Shown: one piece after another, positions 37,703-48,000 of the stretch
How positions within the stretch are numbered: position 1 is the stretch's first letter
Layout: each line of letters opens with the position of its first letter
Assembly (NCBI GenBank): GCA_965222995.1
Contig: OZ244977.1
Coordinates: 9,039-73,038, forward strand
Direction of reading: 5' to 3'
Source of the DNA: Bacteroidia bacterium
GTDB lineage: Bacteria > Bacteroidota > Bacteroidia > UBA8524
Length of the DNA stretch: 64,000 nucleotides
Program-made: the position numbers and the translations under genes
Notes under the pieces: generated by a model
Seen by the model: the letters and a program-made list of their open reading frames with translations, nothing else
What the model was told of the DNA's origin: nothing
The model's database searches: none

Positions 37703-38219
37703 AACCGTTTCAAAATATAAATATGTAGCCATTGCACTTATAGTGCTTCTTTCATTTCCTCTATTACAATCGTGTGGTATTTATACCTTTAGCGGAGCAC
37801 AGGTAGGCAACGCTAAAACCATAAGTATTGGTTTTATTCAAAACAAAGCAAACCTGGTATCTCCAACACTTAGCCAGGTTTTTACTGAAAAGCTAAAAGA
37901 TAAGTTTATAAGAGAAACCACCCTAAAACTGGTAGATAGTGATGGGGATATGCATATAGAGGGCACTATTGTTGATTATGCCATAGCTCCTGTAGCCTTG
38001 CAGGGTACAACTCAAAGCTCACAAAACAGGTTAACCATTAAGTCAAACATTAAGTTTGTTAATAAAACAGCAGAAAAATATGATTTTGATGAAGTTTTTC
38101 AGAACTTTACAGACTTTGATGCCAATATAAACTTCTCATCAGAAGAAACAACGCTGAATGAAGTTGTAATTGATAGATTGGTACAGGATATTTTTAATAA
38201 AGCTGTAATAAATTGGTAA
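37689..38219 (+). CDS. lptE: LptE family lipoprotein
   Basis: Lipobox LLQSCG, CGIYTFSG, LVQDIFNKAVINW; usual Bacteroidota position after the activator. Confidence 0.8.
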   Translation: MTLSKTVSKYKYVAIALIVLLSFPLLQSCGIYTFSGAQVGNAKTISIGFIQNKANLVSPTLSQVFTEKLKDKFIRETTLKLVDSDGDMHIEGTIVDYAIAPVALQGTTQSSQNRLTIKSNIKFVNKTAEKYDFDEVFQNFTDFDANINFSSEETTLNEVVIDRLVQDIFNKAVINW

Positions 38220-39751
38220 ACCCGCAACAAATTTCATCGTATATACGCAAACCATACGCACTTGATGCTGAGGCAGAAGCTAACTTGCGTGAAATAATAA
38301 AAGAATACCCTTATTTTAATAATGCCTGGTTGTTACTTGCCCGTAGCCTTCACAATCAAAACCATTCAAGCTTTGATGAGGTACTGAAACAAGCCGGCAT
38401 GTATGGAGGCGATAGAAGCCTATTATACAAATTGGTGAATATTACTGCCGAAGAAGCGGACGAAAAAACAACCCTTGCTGATAATAAGGTAGTTGAGCCA
38501 CCACTAACTGAAGCTGAACAGGAGGTTATAGCCACCACTACTTTGGAAGAAGAACCAAAAGAACAGCATACAGAAACAGTTGAAGAAGTGTTAGCTGTAG
38601 AAAAAGAACAAGAGCATGATGCATTACTAACCGAAGAAGAAAAGCTTGAAGAAATTAAACACGATAGAGGTGAGCCAATAGAAGAGGCAGAGGGCTTTAC
38701 AGAGGAGGGGAAACAAATTGAGAAAGTTGATGAACAAGAAGAAACTGCTAAAAGTATGGCTGAGGAGGATAAGGTAAAATCTACTTTTGAAGAAATATTT
38801 AGCAATGCAGAAAATAGTGAAGGTGAAAATAATGTAAGCAACGAGTTTGAAACCTTTGATATTAATGAGAACATTGAAAAAGAGCCGATTTTACCAAATT
38901 TTGATGATGAGGACGATTTTGTATTGCAGGTAGAGGATAATGACGAGAGTGCTGATATTATGGCCGATGCTACTGTAACTGCTGATGATACTGGAGAGGA
39001 AGTAATAAGTGAAAAAGAAAATACTAATGCAGAGCTTGAGCAAAGTATAGACGAACCCGAGGAATCAGCATCGGTTAACTCAAACTATATTGATAGTGAT
39101 AAAAATATTGAGGCTATAGCTGATAATAACGAACAGCAAACCAGCACAGTAGAAGGGCAGAAAGAAACTCAACCTGAAGAGTCTGAGCAAAGTGAGGAGC
39201 TAAAAGAGAGAGAAGCAGTAGGTGAAGCCATAGCCTTTAAACTAAATTCATCCCCTGCAGAGATAGTTGAAAATAATCCTGAATCCAAGTCTGTAGCTGA
39301 TACCAATGAGTTATTAGCTCCCTCAACTTTTTTTGAGTGGCTTACACAACTAAAAAACCCACAAAGCGAAACTACAGAGAGTAGCGAAAAAAAAAACGAA
39401 TTAACTAAACAGGAGCAAGTTGCTGAAAGTGAGTATAATATCGTTAATGAATCCCAAGCCGAAAGCAGCACGCCACCACAAAAATCATCATCGGTAGATG
39501 ATATTATTGAAAGGTTTATTCAGGTAAACCCTACTATATCACGTCCTAAGACAGAGTTTTATAATCCGGAAGTAAAATCTAAAGAAAGTGATACAGAAAG
39601 TGATGACTTAGCTACTGAAACACTAGCCAAAATTTATCTGCAACAAAACCTAAAAGATAAGGCTATAGAAGTGTATGATAGACTAAAAAAAGTACACCCA
39701 AAAAGAGAAGCAGAGTTTAATGCTATTATTGCTGAAATAGAAAGCGAGTAA
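38213..39751 (+). CDS. TPR-terminated conserved protein with very long acidic linker
   Basis: N-term EYPYF...LLLA, C-term IIERFI..NP and ETLAKIYLQQ...KAIEVY; Glu/Asp-rich middle. Confidence 0.75.
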   Translation: MVNPQQISSYIRKPYALDAEAEANLREIIKEYPYFNNAWLLLARSLHNQNHSSFDEVLKQAGMYGGDRSLLYKLVNITAEEADEKTTLADNKVVEPPLTEAEQEVIATTTLEEEPKEQHTETVEEVLAVEKEQEHDALLTEEEKLEEIKHDRGEPIEEAEGFTEEGKQIEKVDEQEETAKSMAEEDKVKSTFEEIFSNAENSEGENNVSNEFETFDINENIEKEPILPNFDDEDDFVLQVEDNDESADIMADATVTADDTGEEVISEKENTNAELEQSIDEPEESASVNSNYIDSDKNIEAIADNNEQQTSTVEGQKETQPEESEQSEELKEREAVGEAIAFKLNSSPAEIVENNPESKSVADTNELLAPSTFFEWLTQLKNPQSETTESSEKKNELTKQEQVAESEYNIVNESQAESSTPPQKSSSVDDIIERFIQVNPTISRPKTEFYNPEVKSKESDTESDDLATETLAKIYLQQNLKDKAIEVYDRLKKVHPKREAEFNAIIAEIESE

Positions 39752-39752
39752 T

Positions 39753-40670
39753 TTAACTTTTCTGGGTAAGCTGCTGGAAAACATCTTCCAGTCGCTGTGT
39801 TTCTTGGGTCAACTCTAAAATCACCAAATTATTTTCAACAGCAAAACGGAAAAGCAACTCTTTAATATCATCAGGATTGTTGGCAGTAATTTGCCATTTA
39901 TTGGCACCTAAGTGTCTTGCATTTGATACCCCGGCTACAGTTTTTAGTTGTTTTTCATTCACCTCACCCTTAAACTCAGCTTGAATAATAGCTTGTCCTG
40001 CTTTAAATCTTGTTTTTAGGTTTTGGGTATCATCATTAGCAACAATTTGCCCTTTATTTATAATAATAACACGGTCGCAAAGAGCTTCAACCTCTTGCAT
40101 AATATGTGTTGATAGTAATACAGTACGGTCTTTACCCGTTTCCTTAATCAGGTTACGAATTTCACTTATCTGGTTAGGGTCTAGTCCACTGGTAGGCTCA
40201 TCTAAAATTAGCACTTTTGGGTTATGTAAAAGTGCTTGAGCAAGCCCTACACGCTGGCGGTAGCCTTTTGATAGTTGCCCAATTTTTTTCTTCCGTTCCG
40301 GAGTAATACCCGTTTTTTCAATAATCTCATCAACTCTACTACTTACTTTACCGTTTAGCCCGTGCATTTTAGCGGTAAACTGCAAATACTCTCGCACATA
40401 CATATCTAAGTACAAGGGGTTATGTTCTGGTAAATAACCAATGTTTTTTCGTACTTCTATGGGGTCTTCAGTTACATCAAAACCACACACTTCTGCCTTT
40501 CCATATGTTTGAGGTATAAAGCATGTTAAAATCTTCATAGTGGTAGATTTTCCAGCCCCGTTAGGACCTAAAAAACCTACTATTTCACCAGGTTCAACAT
40601 TAAAGCTAATATTATTTACCGCCTTTTGGCTACCATATTGTTTGGTTATGTTTTGTACAAGTATAGACAA
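39753..40670 (-). CDS. gldA: Gliding motility ABC transporter ATP-binding subunit GldA
   Basis: GFLGPNGAGKSTTMKILT, GYLPEHNPLYLDMYVREY, LSKGYRQRVGLAQALLHNP, ILDEPT. Confidence 0.9.
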   Translation of the reverse strand: MSILVQNITKQYGSQKAVNNISFNVEPGEIVGFLGPNGAGKSTTMKILTCFIPQTYGKAEVCGFDVTEDPIEVRKNIGYLPEHNPLYLDMYVREYLQFTAKMHGLNGKVSSRVDEIIEKTGITPERKKKIGQLSKGYRQRVGLAQALLHNPKVLILDEPTSGLDPNQISEIRNLIKETGKDRTVLLSTHIMQEVEALCDRVIIINKGQIVANDDTQNLKTRFKAGQAIIQAEFKGEVNEKQLKTVAGVSNARHLGANKWQITANNPDDIKELLFRFAVENNLVILELTQETQRLEDVFQQLTQKS

Positions 40671-40714
40671 GTGTAACTCCTGTTTTTAATTCAAAACCTC
40701 AAAATTACACCATA

Positions 40715-40742
40715 AACGTATGCAAAAACAGTTTTGTTGTAA
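40715..40742 (-). promoter_or_regulatory. ECF-like promoter TTACAAC-N17-CGTT facing gldA
   Basis: Minus strand ACAAC (40740-40736), 17-nt spacer, CGTT (40718-40715). Confidence 0.35.
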
Positions 40743-40773
40743 TTGCCTTTTTATTTTGTAACTTAGTTGTTTA

Positions 40774-43701
40774 ATGGTTGCATTAAAGTACATAAAAAGC
40801 CTTTTTTTACTTTCTTTATTTCTTCTAAGTAATCAAATATATGCTACGAATGTAATGGGTAGTGATATTACGTATAAATGCCTGGGTAATAATAAATATG
40901 AAATTACATTAGCTGTTTATCGTGATTGCAATGGTTTAAACCTAGCTAACCCACCGCTTAAAGCTAGTTGTGGTAACAACTCAAAGAATTTTACTTTAAA
41001 TCTCTATAGTAAAACAGATGTTACAGGCTTAAACCCTAAATGTCAAATTTTTAGCAGGTGTAGCGGTAATTATAAATACGGTATCGAAGAGCATGTATTT
41101 AAAGGTGTTATAAACTTGGATTCTCTTAATTGTTGCAATGTTACATTAAGTATAAGTATATGTTGCCGCAATCATACTATAACTACCGGTGCTGCAGGTG
41201 CAAACTTTTATACTGAAGCAATAATAAATAAGTGTATAACTCCTTGCAATAGCTCTCCTTCTATTAGCTCAAAGCCGGTTTTTATTATTCCGGTAGGAGA
41301 AAACTTTATATTCAATAATAATGTATCTGATACTGTGGATGTTGGAGATTCATTATCCTTTAAACTAGTTAATCCTTTAAGTGGACAAGGTTCTAAAATC
41401 ACCTATATTAATAACTGGAGTGCAGAGAAGCCATTATCATACTTAGGATTTCCAAATAATGCAGGTTTTGTTTTTCCGGCAGGGTTTCACCTGGATGGTA
41501 GCACAGGAAATATAAGTTTCCGTCCTACGGTAAAAGACCAGATAACTGCTACAGCACTAGAGGTTACTGAATGGAGAAAAATAAATGGGGTAACAACCAA
41601 AGTAGGAGTTACAAGGCGCGATATGCAAATTATTGTTATAGGGAGTAATAACAAGCCTAAAGCCACCTTTGAAAATGTACTTGACGAAATAGCAGTTTGT
41701 AAACTTTCGGGAACTTTGTGTAAAGATATTGCTTTAACAAGACCTTTGGGCTATACTGATACAGTTGAGCTTACTTATGAGCATAACTTGCAAAATATTT
41801 CATTTATAAATGTGGGTTCGTTTTCAAATCCTGTAATCAGAGTATGTTATACCCCAACAATAGCGGAGGTAAACTCAAATAAAGCACTGAAGTTCACTAT
41901 AAAAGCTACAACAAATAGTTGCCCGTTTAAAGGGGTAGCTGAGAAAACTATTCAGTGGGTTGAGAGACCACCATTGCCAGATAGTTTTGCAATACAAAAA
42001 ACACTAACCTGTAGAAACTTAAAGCTTGTATTACTAAATAACTCATTAAATGTAAACAATGCTAGTGCAGTTTTTGAGGTGAAATCGCCTATTTCAACCA
42101 TTACAAAAGCATCTAATGCAATAGATATAAAAGACTTGAATTATGCAGGTTGGCATTATATTACTATGACAGTTGAAGACCAAAAATATTGCAGTAAGCA
42201 AGTTTACTACGATTCTATATACTTGCCACAAAGTAGTTTTTTAAAAGTTCAGATTCCTAAGGACACCATGTTGTGCAATACAAATTCATTCTCTCTACCC
42301 GCAAATACACAAAATGGTATGCTTCCTTTTGTATATGAGTGGAGTGGAGATGATACTGGCTCACAGCAAGTATTGCATACTACTGTTAGTAAAACAAGAA
42401 GTAAATTTATTATAAAAGTAACGGATGCGAATAGCTGTAAGTTTTCGGATACAATAAATGTTAGGTATTATAACCCTACGGTAGATATTAGCGGAGATAA
42501 AGTAGCGTGTGCAGGTGATGAGGTAGAAGTTAATGCAATTCTTAAAAACACTATAAAACCTAACTACCAATGGGTAGGATTTGCAAATGGACAAACCCGT
42601 TTTAAAGCAAAAGTTACACAAAACAGTCTTTTATCATTTCAGTTGGTAGATAGTTCAGGTTGTGTAATAAACAAAACTCACTTTATTAGGGTATATGCAC
42701 CAAAAGCAATATACGGGCATAATAAGGTGTATTGCGAGAGCGACTCCATAGTGCTTTCTGCAACAGAATCAGGCGGATTAGCACCTTACACTACAAAATG
42801 GCTGCCCTATAATGCTACAGGGAATATTGTTCCGCTAGGCTTTAAAAAGCGGGGCTTTTTAAATATAAGTACTATAACAACTGACGCCTTTGGTTGTGTA
42901 GACACACAAAAACAAGTTATACGCATAAATCCAACTCCTGATTTTAAGTTCACTGGGCTACCCACATTATGCGAAAGTTCACCTGAAATTTTCCTTACGA
43001 ATTATATTCAGCCAAAAAAAGGGATATGGAGTGGAGAGGGAGTTAGCAGCAATTATTTTAGACCTTATAGCGTAACACCGGGCAAAAAGAAACTTACTTA
43101 TTTTTATATGGATAGTGTCTTTTTTTGTTCCAATGAATTAAGTGCTGAAGTTGAGGTAGATGTTCATCCGGTTGCCGATTTTATTGCTGACTCTGTAGTA
43201 GGTGAATATACTCGTACTTTTAATTTTACCAATACGTCAAGGTATGGAGATAAGCATACATTTATATGGGATTTTGGCGACCCAAACTCCGGCAATGCCA
43301 ATATAGAAACTACCTTAAACAGTAAACACATATTTTCTGATACTGGAACTTACACTATTAAATTAAAGGTAAGTGGAGGAACTTGCCCTGATGATTCAAT
43401 AGTAAAAACAGGTTATATAAGAGCGTATAAAAACAACAAACCTGATTCAACTACCACTTCTATTAAAACTATTAATAACAACTCCTTAATTATATACCCA
43501 AACCCTGCATATAATGAATTGATTGTTGAAAGTAAAAGTAGAATAAGCAAGGCAATTATTTATAATACATTGGGGCAAGTTGTTGTGCAAAAGGAAAATA
43601 TTGCTGAGAATAGTATAAAATTAAATATAGAAAATCTAAGTAAAGGGCTATATATTCTCAGTATAGAAGGCACAAAATCAATCCCCTTCATTAAAAAATA
43701 G
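40774..43701 (+). CDS. T9SS type A CTD protein, array member 1 (Cys-rich N-domain, Ig-like repeats, PKD)
   Basis: Signal peptide; YRDCNG, CCRN, EWRKING; PKD WDFGD; CTD IYPNP...GLYIL. Confidence 0.85.
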   Translation: MVALKYIKSLFLLSLFLLSNQIYATNVMGSDITYKCLGNNKYEITLAVYRDCNGLNLANPPLKASCGNNSKNFTLNLYSKTDVTGLNPKCQIFSRCSGNYKYGIEEHVFKGVINLDSLNCCNVTLSISICCRNHTITTGAAGANFYTEAIINKCITPCNSSPSISSKPVFIIPVGENFIFNNNVSDTVDVGDSLSFKLVNPLSGQGSKITYINNWSAEKPLSYLGFPNNAGFVFPAGFHLDGSTGNISFRPTVKDQITATALEVTEWRKINGVTTKVGVTRRDMQIIVIGSNNKPKATFENVLDEIAVCKLSGTLCKDIALTRPLGYTDTVELTYEHNLQNISFINVGSFSNPVIRVCYTPTIAEVNSNKALKFTIKATTNSCPFKGVAEKTIQWVERPPLPDSFAIQKTLTCRNLKLVLLNNSLNVNNASAVFEVKSPISTITKASNAIDIKDLNYAGWHYITMTVEDQKYCSKQVYYDSIYLPQSSFLKVQIPKDTMLCNTNSFSLPANTQNGMLPFVYEWSGDDTGSQQVLHTTVSKTRSKFIIKVTDANSCKFSDTINVRYYNPTVDISGDKVACAGDEVEVNAILKNTIKPNYQWVGFANGQTRFKAKVTQNSLLSFQLVDSSGCVINKTHFIRVYAPKAIYGHNKVYCESDSIVLSATESGGLAPYTTKWLPYNATGNIVPLGFKKRGFLNISTITTDAFGCVDTQKQVIRINPTPDFKFTGLPTLCESSPEIFLTNYIQPKKGIWSGEGVSSNYFRPYSVTPGKKKLTYFYMDSVFFCSNELSAEVEVDVHPVADFIADSVVGEYTRTFNFTNTSRYGDKHTFIWDFGDPNSGNANIETTLNSKHIFSDTGTYTIKLKVSGGTCPDDSIVKTGYIRAYKNNKPDSTTTSIKTINNNSLIIYPNPAYNELIVESKSRISKAIIYNTLGQVVVQKENIAENSIKLNIENLSKGLYILSIEGTKSIPFIKK

Positions 43702-43856
43702 ATAGTATCATTAAATATCTTTTGATGCTTTATGTCTTAACAATCACCTCACTTTTTTGTTAAGAAATTTAAACAAAGTTGAATAGCTAACACTCATTAG
43801 TTATATTGGTGGTATATTTGCCGCTTCTAAAAAAGCACTTAAAAAGTAAGAAAGCT

Positions 43857-44921
43857 ATGCAAAAAGTAACTTTTGCTAATAAAAAAAGCCCCTTTTACAC
43901 GGCCCTTCGTAAAGAAGTGAATGCATATTTCAAAGAAAAAAATATTTCACAACAAGGTAATTGGAGCCTATATATAAAAACAATAATTTTTTTATCGGTA
44001 ACAGTAATGCTATATACGTGGCTGGTATTCTATACCCCTGTGTGGTATATAGCCTTACCAATGGCAGCATTATTGGGTATGAACCAAGCTTTTATTGGTT
44101 TTAATATTATGCACGATGCTTGCCACGGCAGTTATAGCGAAAAAAAATGGGTAAATGATTTATTTGGTTACAGCATGAACTTTTTAGGGAGTAATGCTTT
44201 TTTATGGAAAACCAAGCACAATGTAGTGCACCATACGTTTACCAATATTGATGGTATTGATGATGATATCATGAAAATACCGGTACTACGTCATTGCGAA
44301 ACGCAAAAGAAACTAAAAATGCACCGCTACCAATATATCTATAGCGTGTTAATCTATTTCTTAACAATCCATTTTTGGGTTTGGCTAATGGATTTTATTA
44401 AATACTTTACCGGAAAAGTGGTGGTTACTCCACTAAAGAACTTCACTGTAAAAGAGCACATAGTATTTTGGGTAAGTAAACTTTGGTATGTAGTGGCATA
44501 TATAATTATCCCTATATATTTTGTTGGTTTCACTCCTTTTATTATCGGTTTTTTAGTTATGAATGCACTATTTGGATTTACAATGTCAGTAGTATTTCAA
44601 TTAGCACATGTAGTAGAAAAAGTGCAATTTGAGGAAGCCTTGCACGGTGATAAGATAATTGATAAGGAGTGGGCAGAACATCAAGTGCTTACCACGTGTA
44701 ACTTCTCTACAAGAAATAAAATTATCTCATGGTTTTTAGGGGGGTTAAATTTTCAAATAGAACACCACTTATTCCCTAAAGTTAGCCACATCCACTATCC
44801 TGAAATTAGTGGTATTGTAGAGCGTGTTTGCAAACAGTTTAACATTAGCTACAATTACTACCCTACTATGGGGCAAGCTGTTGCCTCGCACTTTAAGGTA
44901 ATGCGCGATTTGGGAAGATAG
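43857..44921 (+). CDS. Membrane acyl-lipid/acyl-CoA desaturase (start re-called at ATG 43857)
   Basis: His boxes HDACH, HNVVHH, QIEHH; -7 box TATATTTG at 43813-43820 lies inside the longer TTG-start ORF. Confidence 0.9.
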   Translation: MQKVTFANKKSPFYTALRKEVNAYFKEKNISQQGNWSLYIKTIIFLSVTVMLYTWLVFYTPVWYIALPMAALLGMNQAFIGFNIMHDACHGSYSEKKWVNDLFGYSMNFLGSNAFLWKTKHNVVHHTFTNIDGIDDDIMKIPVLRHCETQKKLKMHRYQYIYSVLIYFLTIHFWVWLMDFIKYFTGKVVVTPLKNFTVKEHIVFWVSKLWYVVAYIIIPIYFVGFTPFIIGFLVMNALFGFTMSVVFQLAHVVEKVQFEEALHGDKIIDKEWAEHQVLTTCNFSTRNKIISWFLGGLNFQIEHHLFPKVSHIHYPEISGIVERVCKQFNISYNYYPTMGQAVASHFKVMRDLGR

Positions 44922-44924
44922 GCC

Positions 44925-45057
44925 GACGCGCTTTTCTTTTTAAAGGTTGCTTCCAAATGTCATATTTTATACAAAAAACAAAATATGACATTAGATAAAG
45001 CAACGTAAGCACATTTTTATGGTTTCTTTATTCAGAACAAACCATAAAAGTGTGCTT
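44925..45057. promoter_or_regulatory. Conserved intergenic element copy 1 (antisense ECF-like promoter plus sense motif and hairpins)
   Basis: Homologous to 48433-48551; minus AAGCAAC-N17-CGTC; plus GCAAC-N16-GGTTTCTT; 13-bp and 20-bp stems. Confidence 0.7.
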
Positions 45058-48000
45058 ATGAAAAAACACTACTATCTAAACAAAAAAACTGTCCTCTTCT
45101 TCTTTTTTATTTTATGCATAGTCTCAAGTAAAGCCAGTGTAATGGGATCTGTTATAACCTATAAAGCTATTGATTCTGTAAAATATGAAGTTACTTTAAC
45201 TGTATTTCGTGATTGCAACGGGGCAACCATGCCCACTACTATAGATTTAGACGTTACAGGTAAACCAACGGGAGTTTTTGCAGTTACTTTACCAAAAATT
45301 TCAAGCAGAGATGTTACAGGGATTAACCCTAATTGTAAAATATTCAAAAGCAAATGCAATGGCGGGAATTATCAGTATGGTATTGAGGAGATAGTTTATA
45401 GAGGTGTGGTAAATATTAGTGGAGGGGCATGCCAATATACTTTTGCATTCGACTATTGTTGCAGATCTTCAAGTATCACTACCGGAGCAGCAAATCAAAA
45501 CCATTATAATTTTGCTATGGTAAATAAATGCTATGGTGAAAATAATTCGGTATTAGCTGAAACGCCATCGTTTTTAATTGGTTGGGGTAGAAATTTTAGT
45601 ACTGTAATTTTTAAAGGTGATACAATAAATACACAAGATTCAATAGCATATTCTTTAGCCAAACCAATGTCGGGAGCAACCACATTTAACTCATATTCCG
45701 GTTCATGGTCATACTTACGTCCCCTTTCTTTTCTGGGTTTTCCAAATACAACCCTTAGCCCTCCGGCTGGTTTTCATTTTAATGCTGCATCCAGTGAATT
45801 ATCATTTAGACCTACTACCAATAATCAACAAACTGTGCTATGCGTTGAAGCTAAAGAATACAGGAGAATAAACGGAAAAATGGAGGTTGCAGGGATTTCA
45901 CGCATGGACTATTCAGCCAGCTTTGTTTATACAGGCTTTAACCGAGCACCAACAATACAAGGACAAAATTTTGTAAGGGTTTGTATTGGTGATACAACCG
46001 AAATAGAAATAACAACTAATGATATCGACTTTAGTGATACTACATTTTTAGATGTTGCTAATATACCCACCGGGGCAACCGTTATTTTTTCAAGGATAGG
46101 AAAGCATGCCAAGGCTATTATTAAGTGGGTTCCCAAATTAAGTGATGTTAACCCTAACCCTTATTCAATTATAGTAACTGCTACTGATGATGAATGTCTC
46201 ATAGTAGGTAAAAGTGTCAAAGCATTTAGTATACTGGTGCAAAAAATACCTGATGCCGGAGATATAAAAATCCTCTCTAAGGCCCCTCAATGCAATTCTG
46301 CCGAAGTAGTACTTTCCGTTAGTAATAAATTACAAAATCCAATAATTTCAATGGTTGATGAGGATAGTATGGCTTTTTTAAGCAACGATACATCACGTTT
46401 ATACTTTAAAAATAGTGGATGGAGTAAGTTTCATATAACAGTAAAAAGTGATAATTTTTGTGATTACATACAAACAGATTCCGTTTTAGTTACTCCTCAA
46501 TACAGCATTCAATTGAACACTAAAAAAGATACGGTGGTTTGTAAAAATGAAAATGTTGCATTTTTTACCACCCCTTTAACAGGTACAGCACCCTATACCT
46601 ATAAGTGGGTAGATAGAGGTACACGAACAACTAAACACAATACGGCATCATTTAGCCAAAAAATGCTGGCATCTCAACTGCATAGTATATTAGTTGTTGA
46701 TGCAAACTATTGTGCAGGTATTGATAGTGTGGATATAACAGTTAATGATTTGCCTATTGTTGACCTCGGATATGGGCCGACAGTTTGCCCTAATGATAGC
46801 TTTAAACTAACTGCAAAGCACGTTTCAGGGGCAGTACCTGCAAAATATAATTGGTTTGGAAAAGATACCCTGCAATCAATAAAAACTGCGATATCCTCAA
46901 CTCGTAAGTTTTATGTTGAGGGAATAAGCCAACAGGGCTGTATATCACCATTAGATTCTATTGAAATCAAAGTACACTCCATTGAAGTTGATGCAGGGAC
47001 ATATTATGGAAACTGTGTAGGCTGGCCGGTAACATTAGTGGCATTTCCGCTAGGCGGTCTCAAACCATTTAACTACAGTTGGGTAAATAGTAACAGTAAC
47101 ACAAATGTTATATCAATTTATCCCTCAAAAGATACTTCACTAGTTGTGCGGATGGAAGATTTCAGAGGGTGTGTGGTATACGACACTGCATTTGTACCCG
47201 TTTTTGTGCCCACAAGCTTTCAAGCCCCTTCAAATGTAAGTACATGCAGTGGTGTTAGTACTAATATTAAACTTACCAATATTATTGGCGATGGTCCTTT
47301 TTCTTTCTTTTGGAATGGAGTACAAGGAGTAGATAGCTTAGGTATTGCACCCAACAAAACCGAGAGTATAAAAGCTGAAATAATGGATATAAATGGTTGT
47401 GTGGTAGAAAAAGATATAACCGTAACTGTTTATCAAAACCCTAGGGTAAAACTGGGGCAAGATAAAACCGTGTGTAGAGGAAGTAAACAAAATTTAATAG
47501 CTTCAGTGTCGCAAGGTAAACAACCATACAACTACTTATGGTCTGATGGAAGCACAGGTTCAATTTTTTCAACAACGGTAAATGCAAAAAGACAAATTAC
47601 TTTAAAGGTTGAAGACGCAAACGGTTGCAAAGGAGATGATATTATACTATTAGACACATTACCTTCACAAAGAGCTATTTTAACTCCGTTTACAGAACCG
47701 TTTTGTGAAGAAGACCCTCCGGTAAGCTTGCAAAGTATACCTGTTATTGGTACTTGGACAGGCGCAGGGGTTAACGGAAAAATATTTAACCCTAACACTG
47801 CAGATGCAGGCGTACATACCTTAAAGTTTAATTTTATTAGCCAATATAATTGCCCTGAGCAAGGCGAGATTTATGCAGTAGTAAAACAAGTTCCAAAAGT
47901 GGGTTTTACTGTTGACAAAACTAAAGGATTGCTGAATACAGTATTTAACTTCACAAATACCACACAGGCTGATACCACTTATACTAGTGAGTGGAGCATG

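Noticed and set aside
38356-38874. 172-aa Ser-rich minus-strand ORF
   Set aside because: Shadow of the Glu-rich GAA/GAG codons on the plus strand
39753-40670. Unusual orphan ABC ATPase
   Set aside because: gldA is commonly unlinked from gldF/gldG in Bacteroidota
43806-43856. TTG-start N-terminal extension of the desaturase
   Set aside because: Contains the -7 promoter box; ATG 43857 gives a typical N-terminus
44925-45058. Known riboswitch (TPP, SAM, cobalamin, fluoride, c-di-GMP)
   Set aside because: No diagnostic conserved nucleotides recognised; conserved positions fit promoter boxes better; an Rfam search is still needed
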